Source of the DNA: an uncultured Acidobacteriota bacterium
GTDB taxonomy: Bacteria; Acidobacteriota; Vicinamibacteria; Vicinamibacterales; UBA8438
DNA length: 64,000 bases
NCBI GenBank assembly: GCA_913043225.1
Contig: CAJWLU010000019.1
Span: forward strand, 1-64,000
Direction: 5' to 3'
Positions 27,682-37,035 of the stretch are shown here, piece by piece (position 1 is the stretch's first letter; every line of letters begins with the position of its first letter). Under the pieces are notes generated by a model, which saw only the letters and a list, made by a program, of their open reading frames with translations, was not told the origin of the DNA and ran no database searches. The translations under genes and the position numbers were made by a program.

Positions 27682-28511
27682 GCGAAACGTCCCCGGATTT
27701 GCTCGGGACTATCGTCGCCGGCACCCGCCACCTTGTCGAGGCCCGTCGCGAGCGACAGCCGGCCAAGCAATTGGAACGCCAGGCATCCGAGCTGCGCGCC
27801 GGCGGAGACCGTTTTCTCCGAACGCTCCGTGCTCCGGACACCCCCCGGATTATCACGGAGTGCAAGCGTCGGTCGCCTTCGTGCGGCATTTTGTGTGAGG
27901 ACTATCAACCCGGAAGGATAGCCAGCGTGTACGCCCAGCACGGAGCGGCCGCTATCTCGGTTTTAACTGAGCCAACCTTCTTCGACGGCGCGCCGACCCA
28001 TCTGCGGGAGGTCCGCGCCTCGGTGACTCTTCCGATACTCCGCAAGGATTTCATCGTTGACCGCTACCAATTATGGGAAGCGACCGTCTGGGGCGCCGAT
28101 GCCGTCCTGCTGATCGTGGCGGCTCTCGACGATAAGGCGCTCAGTTCCCTGCACCGCGACGCCCGCGGGCTGGGTCTTGCGGTGCTAGTTGAGGTTCATG
28201 ATGAGCGTGAACTCGAACGCGCCCTGACCGCGGGCGCCCAAGTAATCGGTGTCAATAATCGAAATCTGCGAAGCCTGGAGGTCGATCTCGACGCCTCTCA
28301 CCGCTTAATCGGAGAAATGCCGACCGACGTCACCGTCATCGCGGAAAGCGGTCTGCGCAGCCATGAAGACCTCCAAGCCCTTGGACGGGCCGGCTATCAC
28401 GCGTTTCTCATCGGAGAGACCCTGATGTGCGCGTCCAATCCGGGGGAGACGCTACGAGCCCTGCGAGGGATCCGGACCACGACGACAACCGAGACGGAGA
28501 CGTCAGCATGA
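27678..28511 (+). CDS. trpC: Indole-3-glycerol phosphate synthase
   Basis: ECKRRSPS, SVLTEP, LRKDF, GADAVLLI, GVNNRNL, AESG. Confidence 0.96.
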   Translation: MSETSPDLLGTIVAGTRHLVEARRERQPAKQLERQASELRAGGDRFLRTLRAPDTPRIITECKRRSPSCGILCEDYQPGRIASVYAQHGAAAISVLTEPTFFDGAPTHLREVRASVTLPILRKDFIVDRYQLWEATVWGADAVLLIVAALDDKALSSLHRDARGLGLAVLVEVHDERELERALTAGAQVIGVNNRNLRSLEVDLDASHRLIGEMPTDVTVIAESGLRSHEDLQALGRAGYHAFLIGETLMCASNPGETLRALRGIRTTTTTETETSA

Positions 28512-29146
28512 GAACGCCGGTTAAGGTCTGCGGTATCACGCGCACATCGGATGCCGTCCTGGCCGCCGAACTCGGGGCAACGTGGGTCGGCTTTGTCTTC
28601 TGGCCGATGAGTCCTCGCGCGGTGCGTCCTGCGGCTGCCGCTGCCATCCTCGCCGAACTGCCGCCACACGTGGCGGCCGTCGGCGTGTTCGTGAATCAAC
28701 CGATCGACGAGATCAATAGCATCGGGGACACGGTTGGCCTGGCAGCGATCCAGCTACACGGCGACGAATCCGAAGCCGATTGCGCCGCCTGCCGGCGGCG
28801 CGTGATCCGGGCGGTCCGATTGAGCCCAGAAGACGATGCATCGGTCGCCGACGAAATATGGCCGCCAGCTACCGTACTGGTCGATACGTTCGACCCCGTG
28901 CGCTACGGCGGCACCGGCCGTGCTGTGAACTGGACGGTCGCCGCAGGACTGGCGGCCCGCCGCCGAACTTTCCTATCCGGCGGGCTGGGCCCGCACAACG
29001 TGGCCACCGCCATCGAGGCGGTTGCGCCCTACGGCGTGGACGTCTCCTCTGGCGTCGAGACGGCCCCCGGCTTCAAGGACCCTGAGAAGCTACGGGCCTT
29101 TTTCGAAGCCGTGCGGTCGACGGACGTGACCGATTACGAGACATGA
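28508..29146 (+). CDS. trpF: Phosphoribosylanthranilate isomerase
   Basis: [29 protein letters not shown]. Confidence 0.96.
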   Translation: MRTPVKVCGITRTSDAVLAAELGATWVGFVFWPMSPRAVRPAAAAAILAELPPHVAAVGVFVNQPIDEINSIGDTVGLAAIQLHGDESEADCAACRRRVIRAVRLSPEDDASVADEIWPPATVLVDTFDPVRYGGTGRAVNWTVAAGLAARRRTFLSGGLGPHNVATAIEAVAPYGVDVSSGVETAPGFKDPEKLRAFFEAVRSTDVTDYET

Positions 29147-30387
29147 AGATGACGATTGAGACCCCGCCCGCCGGCCGGCGCGACCCAGACGAGCGAGGCT
29201 ACTTTGGCGCCTACGGTGGTGGCTTCGTACCCGAAACCTTGGTCGCTCCGGTTGAGGAGCTCAAAGAGGCGTATTTGGAAGCCAGAATGGATCCCGGCTT
29301 CCGGGAAGGCTTCGAGCGGCTGCTGCAGCACTATGTTGGGCGGCCCACGCCGCTCTATGAGGCGCAGCGCTGGTCGCGGGCGCTCGGCGGGGCACGGATT
29401 TTTCTGAAAAGGGAAGATCTCGCCCACACAGGCGCTCACAAGATCAACAACGCCCTCGGCCAGGCGCTCCTCGCCGTTCGGATGGGCAAGCAACGCGTCG
29501 TGGCCGAGACAGGGGCCGGACAGCACGGCGTCGCGACGGCCACGGCGTGCGCGTTGCTCGGACTGACGTGCGAGGTCTACATGGGCGCCGACGACGTTGC
29601 CCGTCAGGCGCCCAACGTCGTCCGAATGCGCCTCCTCGGCGCGAAGGTAACGCCGGTCGACTCGGGCAGTAGAACCCTCAAGGACGCCATCAACGAAGCG
29701 ATGCGCGACTGGGTGACCAATATCGAGGACACCTACTACCTGCTTGGATCGGTCCTGGGTCCGCACCCGTACCCCCTCATGGTGCGCGAGTTTCAGTCCG
29801 TCATCGGAGCTGAGGCCAGAATTCAGATTCAGGCCCAAGCTGACGGCCCACCCAACGTGGTGGTGGCGTGCGTGGGTGGCGGCAGCAACGCCCTCGGCAT
29901 CTTCGACGGCTTCGTGGACCAGGGCGATGTGAAGCTCGTCGGCGTCGAAGCGGGAGGGGACGGCATGGTGGCCGGACGCCATGCCGCGAGGTTCGTGACG
30001 GGCACCGTGGGTGTGCTTCAGGGGACTCGGAGTGTGATCCTGCAGGATCAGAACGGCAACATTGAACCGACGCACTCAGTCTCGGCGGGACTCGACTACG
30101 CGGCAGTGGGTCCCGAGCATGCGTGGCTGCGGGATCTCGGCCGTGCTGAATACGCCTGGGTCAGCGATGAGGAAGCCCTTGCCGGCTTTCAACAACTCGC
30201 GAGGCTGGAGGGAATCCTTCCCGCGCTGGAGTCGTCGCACGCTCTGGCGTATGTCGCTCGAATAGCGCCCAGCCTGCCAGCCCAGTCGGTCGTGCTTGCA
30301 AACCTGTCAGGGCGCGGCGACAAGGATGTCGAGATCATCGAAGCACAGGGCCTTGGCGGTGCCCCGGCAGGGGAGACGGCCTCGTGA
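29143..30387 (+). CDS. trpB: Tryptophan synthase beta chain
   Basis: [37 protein letters not shown]. Confidence 0.97.
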   Translation: MKMTIETPPAGRRDPDERGYFGAYGGGFVPETLVAPVEELKEAYLEARMDPGFREGFERLLQHYVGRPTPLYEAQRWSRALGGARIFLKREDLAHTGAHKINNALGQALLAVRMGKQRVVAETGAGQHGVATATACALLGLTCEVYMGADDVARQAPNVVRMRLLGAKVTPVDSGSRTLKDAINEAMRDWVTNIEDTYYLLGSVLGPHPYPLMVREFQSVIGAEARIQIQAQADGPPNVVVACVGGGSNALGIFDGFVDQGDVKLVGVEAGGDGMVAGRHAARFVTGTVGVLQGTRSVILQDQNGNIEPTHSVSAGLDYAAVGPEHAWLRDLGRAEYAWVSDEEALAGFQQLARLEGILPALESSHALAYVARIAPSLPAQSVVLANLSGRGDKDVEIIEAQGLGGAPAGETAS

Positions 30388-31202
30388 GCTCGCGGCTGGC
30401 GGATATCTTCAGCGGACCGGGCGCCCCGCGGCTCATTACCTACGTCACCGGCGGCGATCCCGACGCGACGCGGTCCGCCGACATCCTCCGCGCGCTCGAC
30501 CGGGCGGGCGCGAACATACTCGAAGTGGGCGTCCCATTCTCCGATCCGCTGGCCGATGGACCGGTCATCCAACGGGCGTCCGAGCGCGCGCTGCGTGCAG
30601 GAGCCAGTCTCGGTTCGGTGCTCGATCTGATCGAGCAGGTCCGTTCAGATGTCGACGCAGGCATCGTGGTCTTTACCTACGCGAATCCGATCCTCCGGTT
30701 CGGGGTAGAAGCATTCACCGACCGGGCGGCAGCCATCGGAGTAGACGGAGTACTGGTCCTTGATCTTCCGATAGAAGAGGCAGGTCCCTTCCGCGAGCAG
30801 GTGGTCTCGGCGGGCCTGGACCAAATCTTCCTAGTGAGTCCCACCACGACTGACGAACGCCTCGCGGCCGCGGCGGCGTTGGGACGCGGCTTCCTGTATG
30901 GGATCTCGCGCCTGGGAGTCACAGGGGCGCGCTCGGAAGTCGGAGGAGGAGCCCCTCAGCTCGTCAGCCGGGTCCGTAAAGTCTCATCGCTGCCGATCGC
31001 AGTGGGCTTCGGAGTCTCTCACCCCGACCACGTCAGGCAGATCGGGCAGTGGGCAGACGGCGTGGTTGTCGGGAGTGCACTGGTCGACGTGGTAGCGCGC
31101 CAATCGGAATCAGACCAGCTGGCCCCGGCGGTCGAGGAATACATCAGGTGGCTACGGAGCGGCACTGACGCCGTGGGAGTGTCTTCCGACCATGAAAAAT
31201 AA
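30384..31202 (+). CDS. trpA: Tryptophan synthase alpha chain
   Basis: [27 protein letters not shown]. Confidence 0.97.
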   Translation: MSSRLADIFSGPGAPRLITYVTGGDPDATRSADILRALDRAGANILEVGVPFSDPLADGPVIQRASERALRAGASLGSVLDLIEQVRSDVDAGIVVFTYANPILRFGVEAFTDRAAAIGVDGVLVLDLPIEEAGPFREQVVSAGLDQIFLVSPTTTDERLAAAAALGRGFLYGISRLGVTGARSEVGGGAPQLVSRVRKVSSLPIAVGFGVSHPDHVRQIGQWADGVVVGSALVDVVARQSESDQLAPAVEEYIRWLRSGTDAVGVSSDHEK

Positions 31203-31500
31203 GCAGCCCCCGAGGAAGCTCCTGCCGGAGGTCAACCGTCAGATCGACGTAATTAGGAGGCGGATGGACAAGATCGACGCCCGGCTCGTCGCCTTGTTGA
31301 ATGAGCGTGCGAGGTGCGCCCAGGACATCGGGGAGCTCAAGGACCAGGTGGACATGGAGGTTTACCAACCGAGTCGGGAAATCGAGGTCTTGGCGCACGT
31401 GCGTGACGAGAACCTCGGTCCGCTCAATGGCGACGCGATCACCCGTCTGTTCGAGCGGATCATCGAAGAGGCGCGACGTCTCGAACGCACCCCGAAGTAG
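31192..31500 (+). CDS. Chorismate mutase (AroQ type)
   Basis: IRRRMDKIDARLVALLNERA..A..IGELK...VYQPSRE. Confidence 0.92.
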   Translation: MKNKQPPRKLLPEVNRQIDVIRRRMDKIDARLVALLNERARCAQDIGELKDQVDMEVYQPSREIEVLAHVRDENLGPLNGDAITRLFERIIEEARRLERTPK

Positions 31501-31538
31501 CGGACATCAGTAGCGCAGGAGAGAAGGGAAGGCGGACC

Positions 31539-31658
31539 ATGGTGGTCATGATGAAAGAACGGGCGAGCGGGGAGCAGACCCAGCACTTGAACGCTCAGCT
31601 GGTCGATAAGGGGTTCGACATGCATCGTTCTACCGAACAACTAGGGACGGGCGTCTAG
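31539..31658 (+). pseudogene. aroF: DAHP synthase (type I-beta) remnant
   Basis: Own translation: MVVMMKERASGEQTQHLNAQLVDKGFDMHRSTEQLGTGV*. Matches the start of the N-terminal regulatory domain of I-beta DAHP synthase (MVVVM...HRST); catalytic barrel absent; located between chorismate mutase and tyrA. Confidence 0.8.
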
Positions 31659-32585
31659 ATGACCGACGACCCCCGTCTCCTACCCGTCATCCAGTCGGAG
31701 ACTGGCTCGAGAGAACCACCTATCTTCGACAAAGTGGCCATTGTCGGTTTGGGGCTGATTGGCGGATCCATCGCACTGGCCGTCCGGCAGCACTGGCCGA
31801 CCAGCCTGGTAATCGCCGTAGACCGAAAGGACGTGCTCGAACACGCAATGGTGAGGCACGCCATCGACGTCGCCGCAGACGACCCGGTCGTCATGGCCGA
31901 GGCGGATCTCGTCATCCTCGCCGCACCGGTCGAGCAGAATATTGAACAGCTGGCGGATCTCGACCGACACGTGACAGCGCCGGCGGTCGTCACGGACGTC
32001 GGTAGCACGAAACGGACAACCGTCGCAGCGGCGCGCCAGCTGCCTTCACGCTTTACCTTCATTGGTGGACATCCACTGGGGGGAGCCCCTCGTGGAGGCC
32101 TGGCCTACGCTCGTGCCGACCTCTTCGTCGACCGGCCCTGGATCTTTACCCCTGACGGCACTCAGCCGGCAGCCGTGCTCGAGAAGCTCAATGCTTTCGT
32201 CAGCACCCTCGGAGCTCGACCACATATCCTGACTCCCGAACAACACGATCGCCTTCTTGCCTTCGTGAGCCACCTCCCCCAGTTGTCGGCCAGCGCCCTA
32301 ATGCACGTTGTGGGAGAGGCGGCTGGCGAAGAGGGTCTTCGGCTGACGGGCCGTGGGCTGTTCGACGCTACCCGGCTGTCGTCGAGTCCACCCGATATCT
32401 GGCGTGACATCTGTCGTTCGAATCGTGACATGGTCGCCGAGGCGCTCGATCTGTTCATCGGTGAGCTCCGGACGCTGCGCGAGAACCTCGCGACGGGGGA
32501 GGAGCTCGACCGGATATTCGCCTCGGCAGGGGAATGGCGCGGGCGGCTGGCCAAGGTGCGGCCAAAGCGCGAAAGACAGCCATGA
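31659..32585 (+). CDS. tyrA: Prephenate/arogenate dehydrogenase
   Basis: VGLGLIGGS, TDVGSTK, GGHPLGG, HD..LA..SHLPQ, G.G..D.TRL. Confidence 0.94.
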   Translation: MTDDPRLLPVIQSETGSREPPIFDKVAIVGLGLIGGSIALAVRQHWPTSLVIAVDRKDVLEHAMVRHAIDVAADDPVVMAEADLVILAAPVEQNIEQLADLDRHVTAPAVVTDVGSTKRTTVAAARQLPSRFTFIGGHPLGGAPRGGLAYARADLFVDRPWIFTPDGTQPAAVLEKLNAFVSTLGARPHILTPEQHDRLLAFVSHLPQLSASALMHVVGEAAGEEGLRLTGRGLFDATRLSSSPPDIWRDICRSNRDMVAEALDLFIGELRTLRENLATGEELDRIFASAGEWRGRLAKVRPKRERQP

Positions 32586-32777
32586 CGAGCTGCCCAGTCA
32601 CCCTATCGCAGCAACCGCCTGATACGGTAAGCCCTGAGGCGTCAAGAGAGGTGTTCTTGCACCTAGTCCTGCAGGCAACGTCCTGTGATTACCGGCTCTA
32701 CCGAGTGGCGTAGGGCTCCCTGTAGTCCGTCCCTGCGTGGTTCAGCACCGAGTTGATATCTGTAGGTGACGGCAAAA

Positions 32778-33203
32778 CTACTCACCTTGTATCTGAACGG
32801 CCGTTCGCGCAGTTTCGACGACCTCGCCTCCGCGCTTAAGGATCAGCCGAACCTCATACCGCCCGCCGTACTCGAACCTGTGCCGACGGGAGAACCGGCG
32901 CCGGATCTCGCTGACGCCAGGCTCATACGGCTCGCAGTCATAGATGCTTTCTGAGCGAGTCTCGTCATCCCAATCCCACTCGGCGCTTACACAGTAAAAC
33001 TCTTCATGGTCGTCGGCACCACCACGGAGGCGCCCCGTAAAAACGATATCGGCCGGAGCGAACGCAAGGTTCGGCCGCGCCCGGATCGTCAGGTCGGGGC
33101 GGTCTTCCTGCATCCGGACCTCAACCACCGTCGACGTCAATGAAATGAACCCTCCGGTGAGCACGAGAGCGATCAGAGCGCGAATCGCGCATCGCGAAAC
33201 CAT
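32778..33203 (-). CDS. Exported hypothetical protein (PKD/Ig-like)
   Basis: Signal/TM segment then FAPA.I.F...YC..EWDWDD...C...H.F...GRYEVRL. Confidence 0.7.
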   Translation of the reverse strand: MVSRCAIRALIALVLTGGFISLTSTVVEVRMQEDRPDLTIRARPNLAFAPADIVFTGRLRGGADDHEEFYCVSAEWDWDDETRSESIYDCEPYEPGVSEIRRRFSRRHRFEYGGRYEVRLILKRGGEVVETARTAVQIQGE

Positions 33204-33271
33204 AGCTCGATTGTAGCGTGGACTATTGCTCACGACCAGCCGGCCGGCCCTAGCGCTATAATCTTGCCCCC

Positions 33272-34819
33272 ATGACGTCGATACCACACGAACCTGCTGT
33301 GTCCGGGAGCTCTGGATCACTCGCCGATGCCGACGTCGACCTAATCGCCGTCCCACTCTTTCAGGACGAACCGGACTCTAGCGAATCATTGAGGGCACTT
33401 GACGCCGGGACGGCTGGTGCGCTCACCCGCGCGCGCGCCCGGGGCGAACTGACCGGACGCATCCAGGAACTGTTCTTCACCGATATCTTGACGGAGGGCT
33501 GGAGCCCAGCCCGGCTCCTCTTGATCGGCGCCGGCCCCCTGTCCGGTTTGGACCGTCGACTAGCCGAGATGCTTGGCGGAATCGCGGGGATGGCGAGCCG
33601 GGACCGAGGGTTGGCACGGTTGGGGTTCGTCGCCCGGAACGAGCTCGGCACCACGACTCTAGTGCAGGCGTCTCTCGAGGGTGCTCTGCTGGGCGCATTT
33701 CGGGATTTCCGTTTTAAGACCGCGCCCGCTCCGTCGTCGCCTCTTTTACACGTCCAGCTACTGCTAGACGACCGGCCTTGGTCGGCAGAACACGATGCGG
33801 CCGTGGCGCGCGCCGAGGCCCTTGCCGCCGGCGCGAATCTTGCGCGTGAACTCTCGAACGAACCGGCCAACCTACTCACACCGCAAGCCTTCGGTGAGCG
33901 CGCCGCAACATTGGTTACGTCTTCCCGAACCTCGGTCGAGATTCTCGACGAGGAGGCAATCGCCCGGGAGAAGATGGGACTCCTGCTCGGCGTTAGCCAG
34001 GGCAGCGTCGAACCTGCCAGGGTCATTGTGATGCGCTACACACCTCCAGGCAAGGTTCAGGGCCCGACGCTTGCCTTGATCGGCAAGGGCGTCACGTTCG
34101 ACACAGGTGGTATTTCGATCAAGCCAGCTGACAGCATGGACCGGATGAAGCGGGATATGGCAGGCGGCGCCGCGGTCATCGGCGCGATGGCAGCCCTGGA
34201 TCGCCTACAGCCATCGAGCGCAGTTCTTGGGATAGTACCGGCCGCAGAGAACATGCCTGGTGGTCGGGCGATACGGCCCGGGGACGTACTTACTGCGGCC
34301 AATGGCACAAGCGTCGAGGTCCTCAACACGGACGCTGAGGGACGACTCATCCTGGCCGATGCACTTACGCTCGCCCAGCGGCTTGGAGCAACCCATCTCA
34401 TCGATATCGCGACCCTGACGGGGGCCTGTGTTATCGCGCTCGGGCACCACGCGTCTGCATTGGTCGGTCATCCGGAAACCTGGGTTGAGCAGGTCTTGCA
34501 CGCGGCCGCGGCCGCAGGCGAGCGCGTCTGGCCCCTTCCCGGCGATGACTCCTATAACCGCCAGCTCGACAGTGAAACGGCCGACGTCGCCAATATTGGG
34601 GGGCGGCCAGCTGGGGCGATCACGGCCGGACTATTCCTCAAGCGCTTCAGCGGCGAACTACCCTGGGCGCATCTGGACATCGCGGGCACCGCCTGGTGGG
34701 AAGAAGCGGAGGCCTGGCATCCAAAGGGCGCCACCGGGATAGGGGTTCGAACTTTGGCGACGCTCGCTCTTTCGGTCGGCGGGGATCCCACGGGGCCTAC
34801 TACGGCGGAGGCCCTGTAG
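33272..34819 (+). CDS. pepA: Leucyl aminopeptidase (M17)
   Basis: GKGVTFDTGGISIKP, MK.DMAG, NTDAEGRL, ATLTGA, WAHLDIAG. Confidence 0.96.
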   Translation: MTSIPHEPAVSGSSGSLADADVDLIAVPLFQDEPDSSESLRALDAGTAGALTRARARGELTGRIQELFFTDILTEGWSPARLLLIGAGPLSGLDRRLAEMLGGIAGMASRDRGLARLGFVARNELGTTTLVQASLEGALLGAFRDFRFKTAPAPSSPLLHVQLLLDDRPWSAEHDAAVARAEALAAGANLARELSNEPANLLTPQAFGERAATLVTSSRTSVEILDEEAIAREKMGLLLGVSQGSVEPARVIVMRYTPPGKVQGPTLALIGKGVTFDTGGISIKPADSMDRMKRDMAGGAAVIGAMAALDRLQPSSAVLGIVPAAENMPGGRAIRPGDVLTAANGTSVEVLNTDAEGRLILADALTLAQRLGATHLIDIATLTGACVIALGHHASALVGHPETWVEQVLHAAAAAGERVWPLPGDDSYNRQLDSETADVANIGGRPAGAITAGLFLKRFSGELPWAHLDIAGTAWWEEAEAWHPKGATGIGVRTLATLALSVGGDPTGPTTAEAL

Positions 34820-34831
34820 TAGCATCTCGAC

Positions 34832-35098
34832 ATGCAGCAAGAATCGGCCACGCCGCTCATTATCGACCTCGGTGAAGCCGCCGCAGCCGCCACCGAGGAG
34901 ATTTCAGTCGCCGACGTGCTCGTGGGCGCGTTCAGCTTTACGGGCGTGATCATCGTGGTAGCGGTGACGCTTGCCTTCGCCTTCGCCGGGGGACTGATCT
35001 GGCTCCGCAAACTCAATCCAACCAACTCGCTCAACGGCGAAGAAACCGCGCGCACGCGCCTCGCTCTTAACCAGCCGTCGACGGACCAGTCCGGCTAG
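34832..35098 (+). CDS. Small single-pass membrane hypothetical protein
   Basis: 88 aa with one hydrophobic helix, immediately after pepA. Confidence 0.6.
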   Translation: MQQESATPLIIDLGEAAAAATEEISVADVLVGAFSFTGVIIVVAVTLAFAFAGGLIWLRKLNPTNSLNGEETARTRLALNQPSTDQSG

Positions 35099-36932
35099 GC
35101 TCGGAGTTTTCATCGTCAGCCGAAATCGCGAATGGTTTAAGCGTGGACTGATAGTCGATCACCGCATGAAAGAGCGCCTCCGCAATCCGATCTCGATAGG
35201 CGTCGGTGGCCAGGAAAGCAGCCTCCTGTGCGTTCGTGAGAAAGGAGATCTCGGCGAGCACGCTGGGCATGGTGGCGCCTATCAGGACCACGAACGGGGC
35301 ACGCTTGACTCCTAGGTCCTGTGCATCCGGGTGCAGTTCGCGGATCCCGTCGACGAGATGTCGCTGGACGAGCTCCGCAAGGGCTTGGGATTCGTCAAGC
35401 TTGTTGTTCGTCGCAATCGAGCCAAGCAGGGCTGGCAGGTGACGCATGCCGTCGGTGGCCAGCGCGTTCTCACGCGCGGCTACCATCTGGGCCATCGGGT
35501 CGTGGGTGAGGTCTAGATAGTAGGTCTCGATTCCCCGAGCCCGTGTATCGCCGGCGGCATTGGCATGGATAGACAGGAAGAGATCTCCTCCGACACGATT
35601 GGCGAGTTCGGTGCGCGTGCGCAGCGGGACAAAAAGGTCGTCCCGCCGGGTTTGCACCACCTCGATGCCGGCGCCGGCCAGGCGCTGTTCTAGCCTCAAG
35701 GCCACGTCAAGAACGAGCGCCGACTCGGTCAGATCTGCGGCGCGCGCTCCGGAGTCATATCCGCCGTGACCGGCGTCGATGACCACACGGGACACCCCCA
35801 ACCCCAGTTGGCGCCCAAGCGACAGTGCGCCAGCAGCGTTGCGAGCGGGAGCGACCGGCTCTATTGACCCTGGCAACTCGGAGCCGTAGACGACGCTGGC
35901 GACCCTCTCAGCACTATCTCCCAGTGCAGGGTAGAGAATGTCGTGCATTGCCGGGGCAGCACTGAGATCTGCCTGAGCGGCAAGTCCACCGACTTCGCGC
36001 CTCGGCGCGCCAGGCAAAGGCGCCAGTCGCCGAGCAGTCAAAGTTTCGGGAACCGGGAGCAGCTCTAGACGGTGCAGCTCGTCGGCCTGGGTGTCAGCGA
36101 AAACCTCGAGCGACGCAGGGGAGAATGCCGGCTCCACCGAGACCGGTGGCACGCTAGCGTTGTTCTCTGTAGGGACCAATAACCGCGGTTGGGCCACCGC
36201 CTCGACAACCAGCTGATACGGATCATCGAGCGTATAGAAGCGGTAGCTCTCGACGTTAGCGAGGTCGAGCACGACCCGTGTGACCTGGCCCGCATGTCGG
36301 CCCAGTCTGATCTGTCGCACTAGGCCCCCGTCCGGATAGTCGAGAGTGGCGTTTCGCAGGGGCGGAACAGTAAACGTGTCGTTGAAGTCAAAGTAGAGAC
36401 GAGGAGGCTCGTCCAAGCGCTCCGCCAGGTAATCGACCTCGGCATCGAGCTCGATGGTGACGGTCACCATGTCCTCTCCGCTCGCCCTCGTTATCCGGCG
36501 AAGCTCGACCGGATCGAGTAGCCTCGCAAACTCCTGCAGGCGCGCTGGAATGCGGGCGACGAGAGAGCTTGCCGGGTGCTTCCGCCCGAGCAGTTCGAGT
36601 AAATCGCGCCCCAATTCGAGGTCGCGGTCATCGCGGTGTCGCTCGAACGCCAACAGCGCCAGTCCCGCTGCCTGCCACAGGGCATTGTCACTATAGCCGC
36701 TCTGCGGGTGAACCCGGGCTAGCTCCTCGTAGGCCGCCATTAAGGCGCGCAGTTCTGAGGTGCCGCCTGATTCAATGGAGGCGCGCAGCGCTCGTTCGCG
36801 GGCCAGCGCGGTTGTGTACTGCTCTGCGGCGGTCGCCGCGGCGAGCGGCGTCGCAATTAGCCCAAGCAGGACAGCTGCGGCCAGTGGACGCCACAAGCTA
36901 CGCCGAACGAATGCGTATCGATATAGAGTCAT
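35067..36932 (-). CDS. N-acetylmuramoyl-L-alanine amidase (TPR + AMIN + Amidase_3)
   Basis: AMIN (PPRLYFD, TRVVLDL); VIDAGHGG.D.GA, FLSIHANA, GIETY, MPSVLAEISFLTN. Confidence 0.93.
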   Translation of the reverse strand: MTLYRYAFVRRSLWRPLAAAVLLGLIATPLAAATAAEQYTTALARERALRASIESGGTSELRALMAAYEELARVHPQSGYSDNALWQAAGLALLAFERHRDDRDLELGRDLLELLGRKHPASSLVARIPARLQEFARLLDPVELRRITRASGEDMVTVTIELDAEVDYLAERLDEPPRLYFDFNDTFTVPPLRNATLDYPDGGLVRQIRLGRHAGQVTRVVLDLANVESYRFYTLDDPYQLVVEAVAQPRLLVPTENNASVPPVSVEPAFSPASLEVFADTQADELHRLELLPVPETLTARRLAPLPGAPRREVGGLAAQADLSAAPAMHDILYPALGDSAERVASVVYGSELPGSIEPVAPARNAAGALSLGRQLGLGVSRVVIDAGHGGYDSGARAADLTESALVLDVALRLEQRLAGAGIEVVQTRRDDLFVPLRTRTELANRVGGDLFLSIHANAAGDTRARGIETYYLDLTHDPMAQMVAARENALATDGMRHLPALLGSIATNNKLDESQALAELVQRHLVDGIRELHPDAQDLGVKRAPFVVLIGATMPSVLAEISFLTNAQEAAFLATDAYRDRIAEALFHAVIDYQSTLKPFAISADDENSEPSRTGPSTAG

Positions 36933-37035
36933 CGGCGGGCATCCCGGCGAGGGAACCTGTCAGTCGCTCTTATCGACCGAAGCGAGATAAAGGTGTAGAG
37001 GGTTCCTGAAAGGGATGCGCAGGGACATGCACTGC

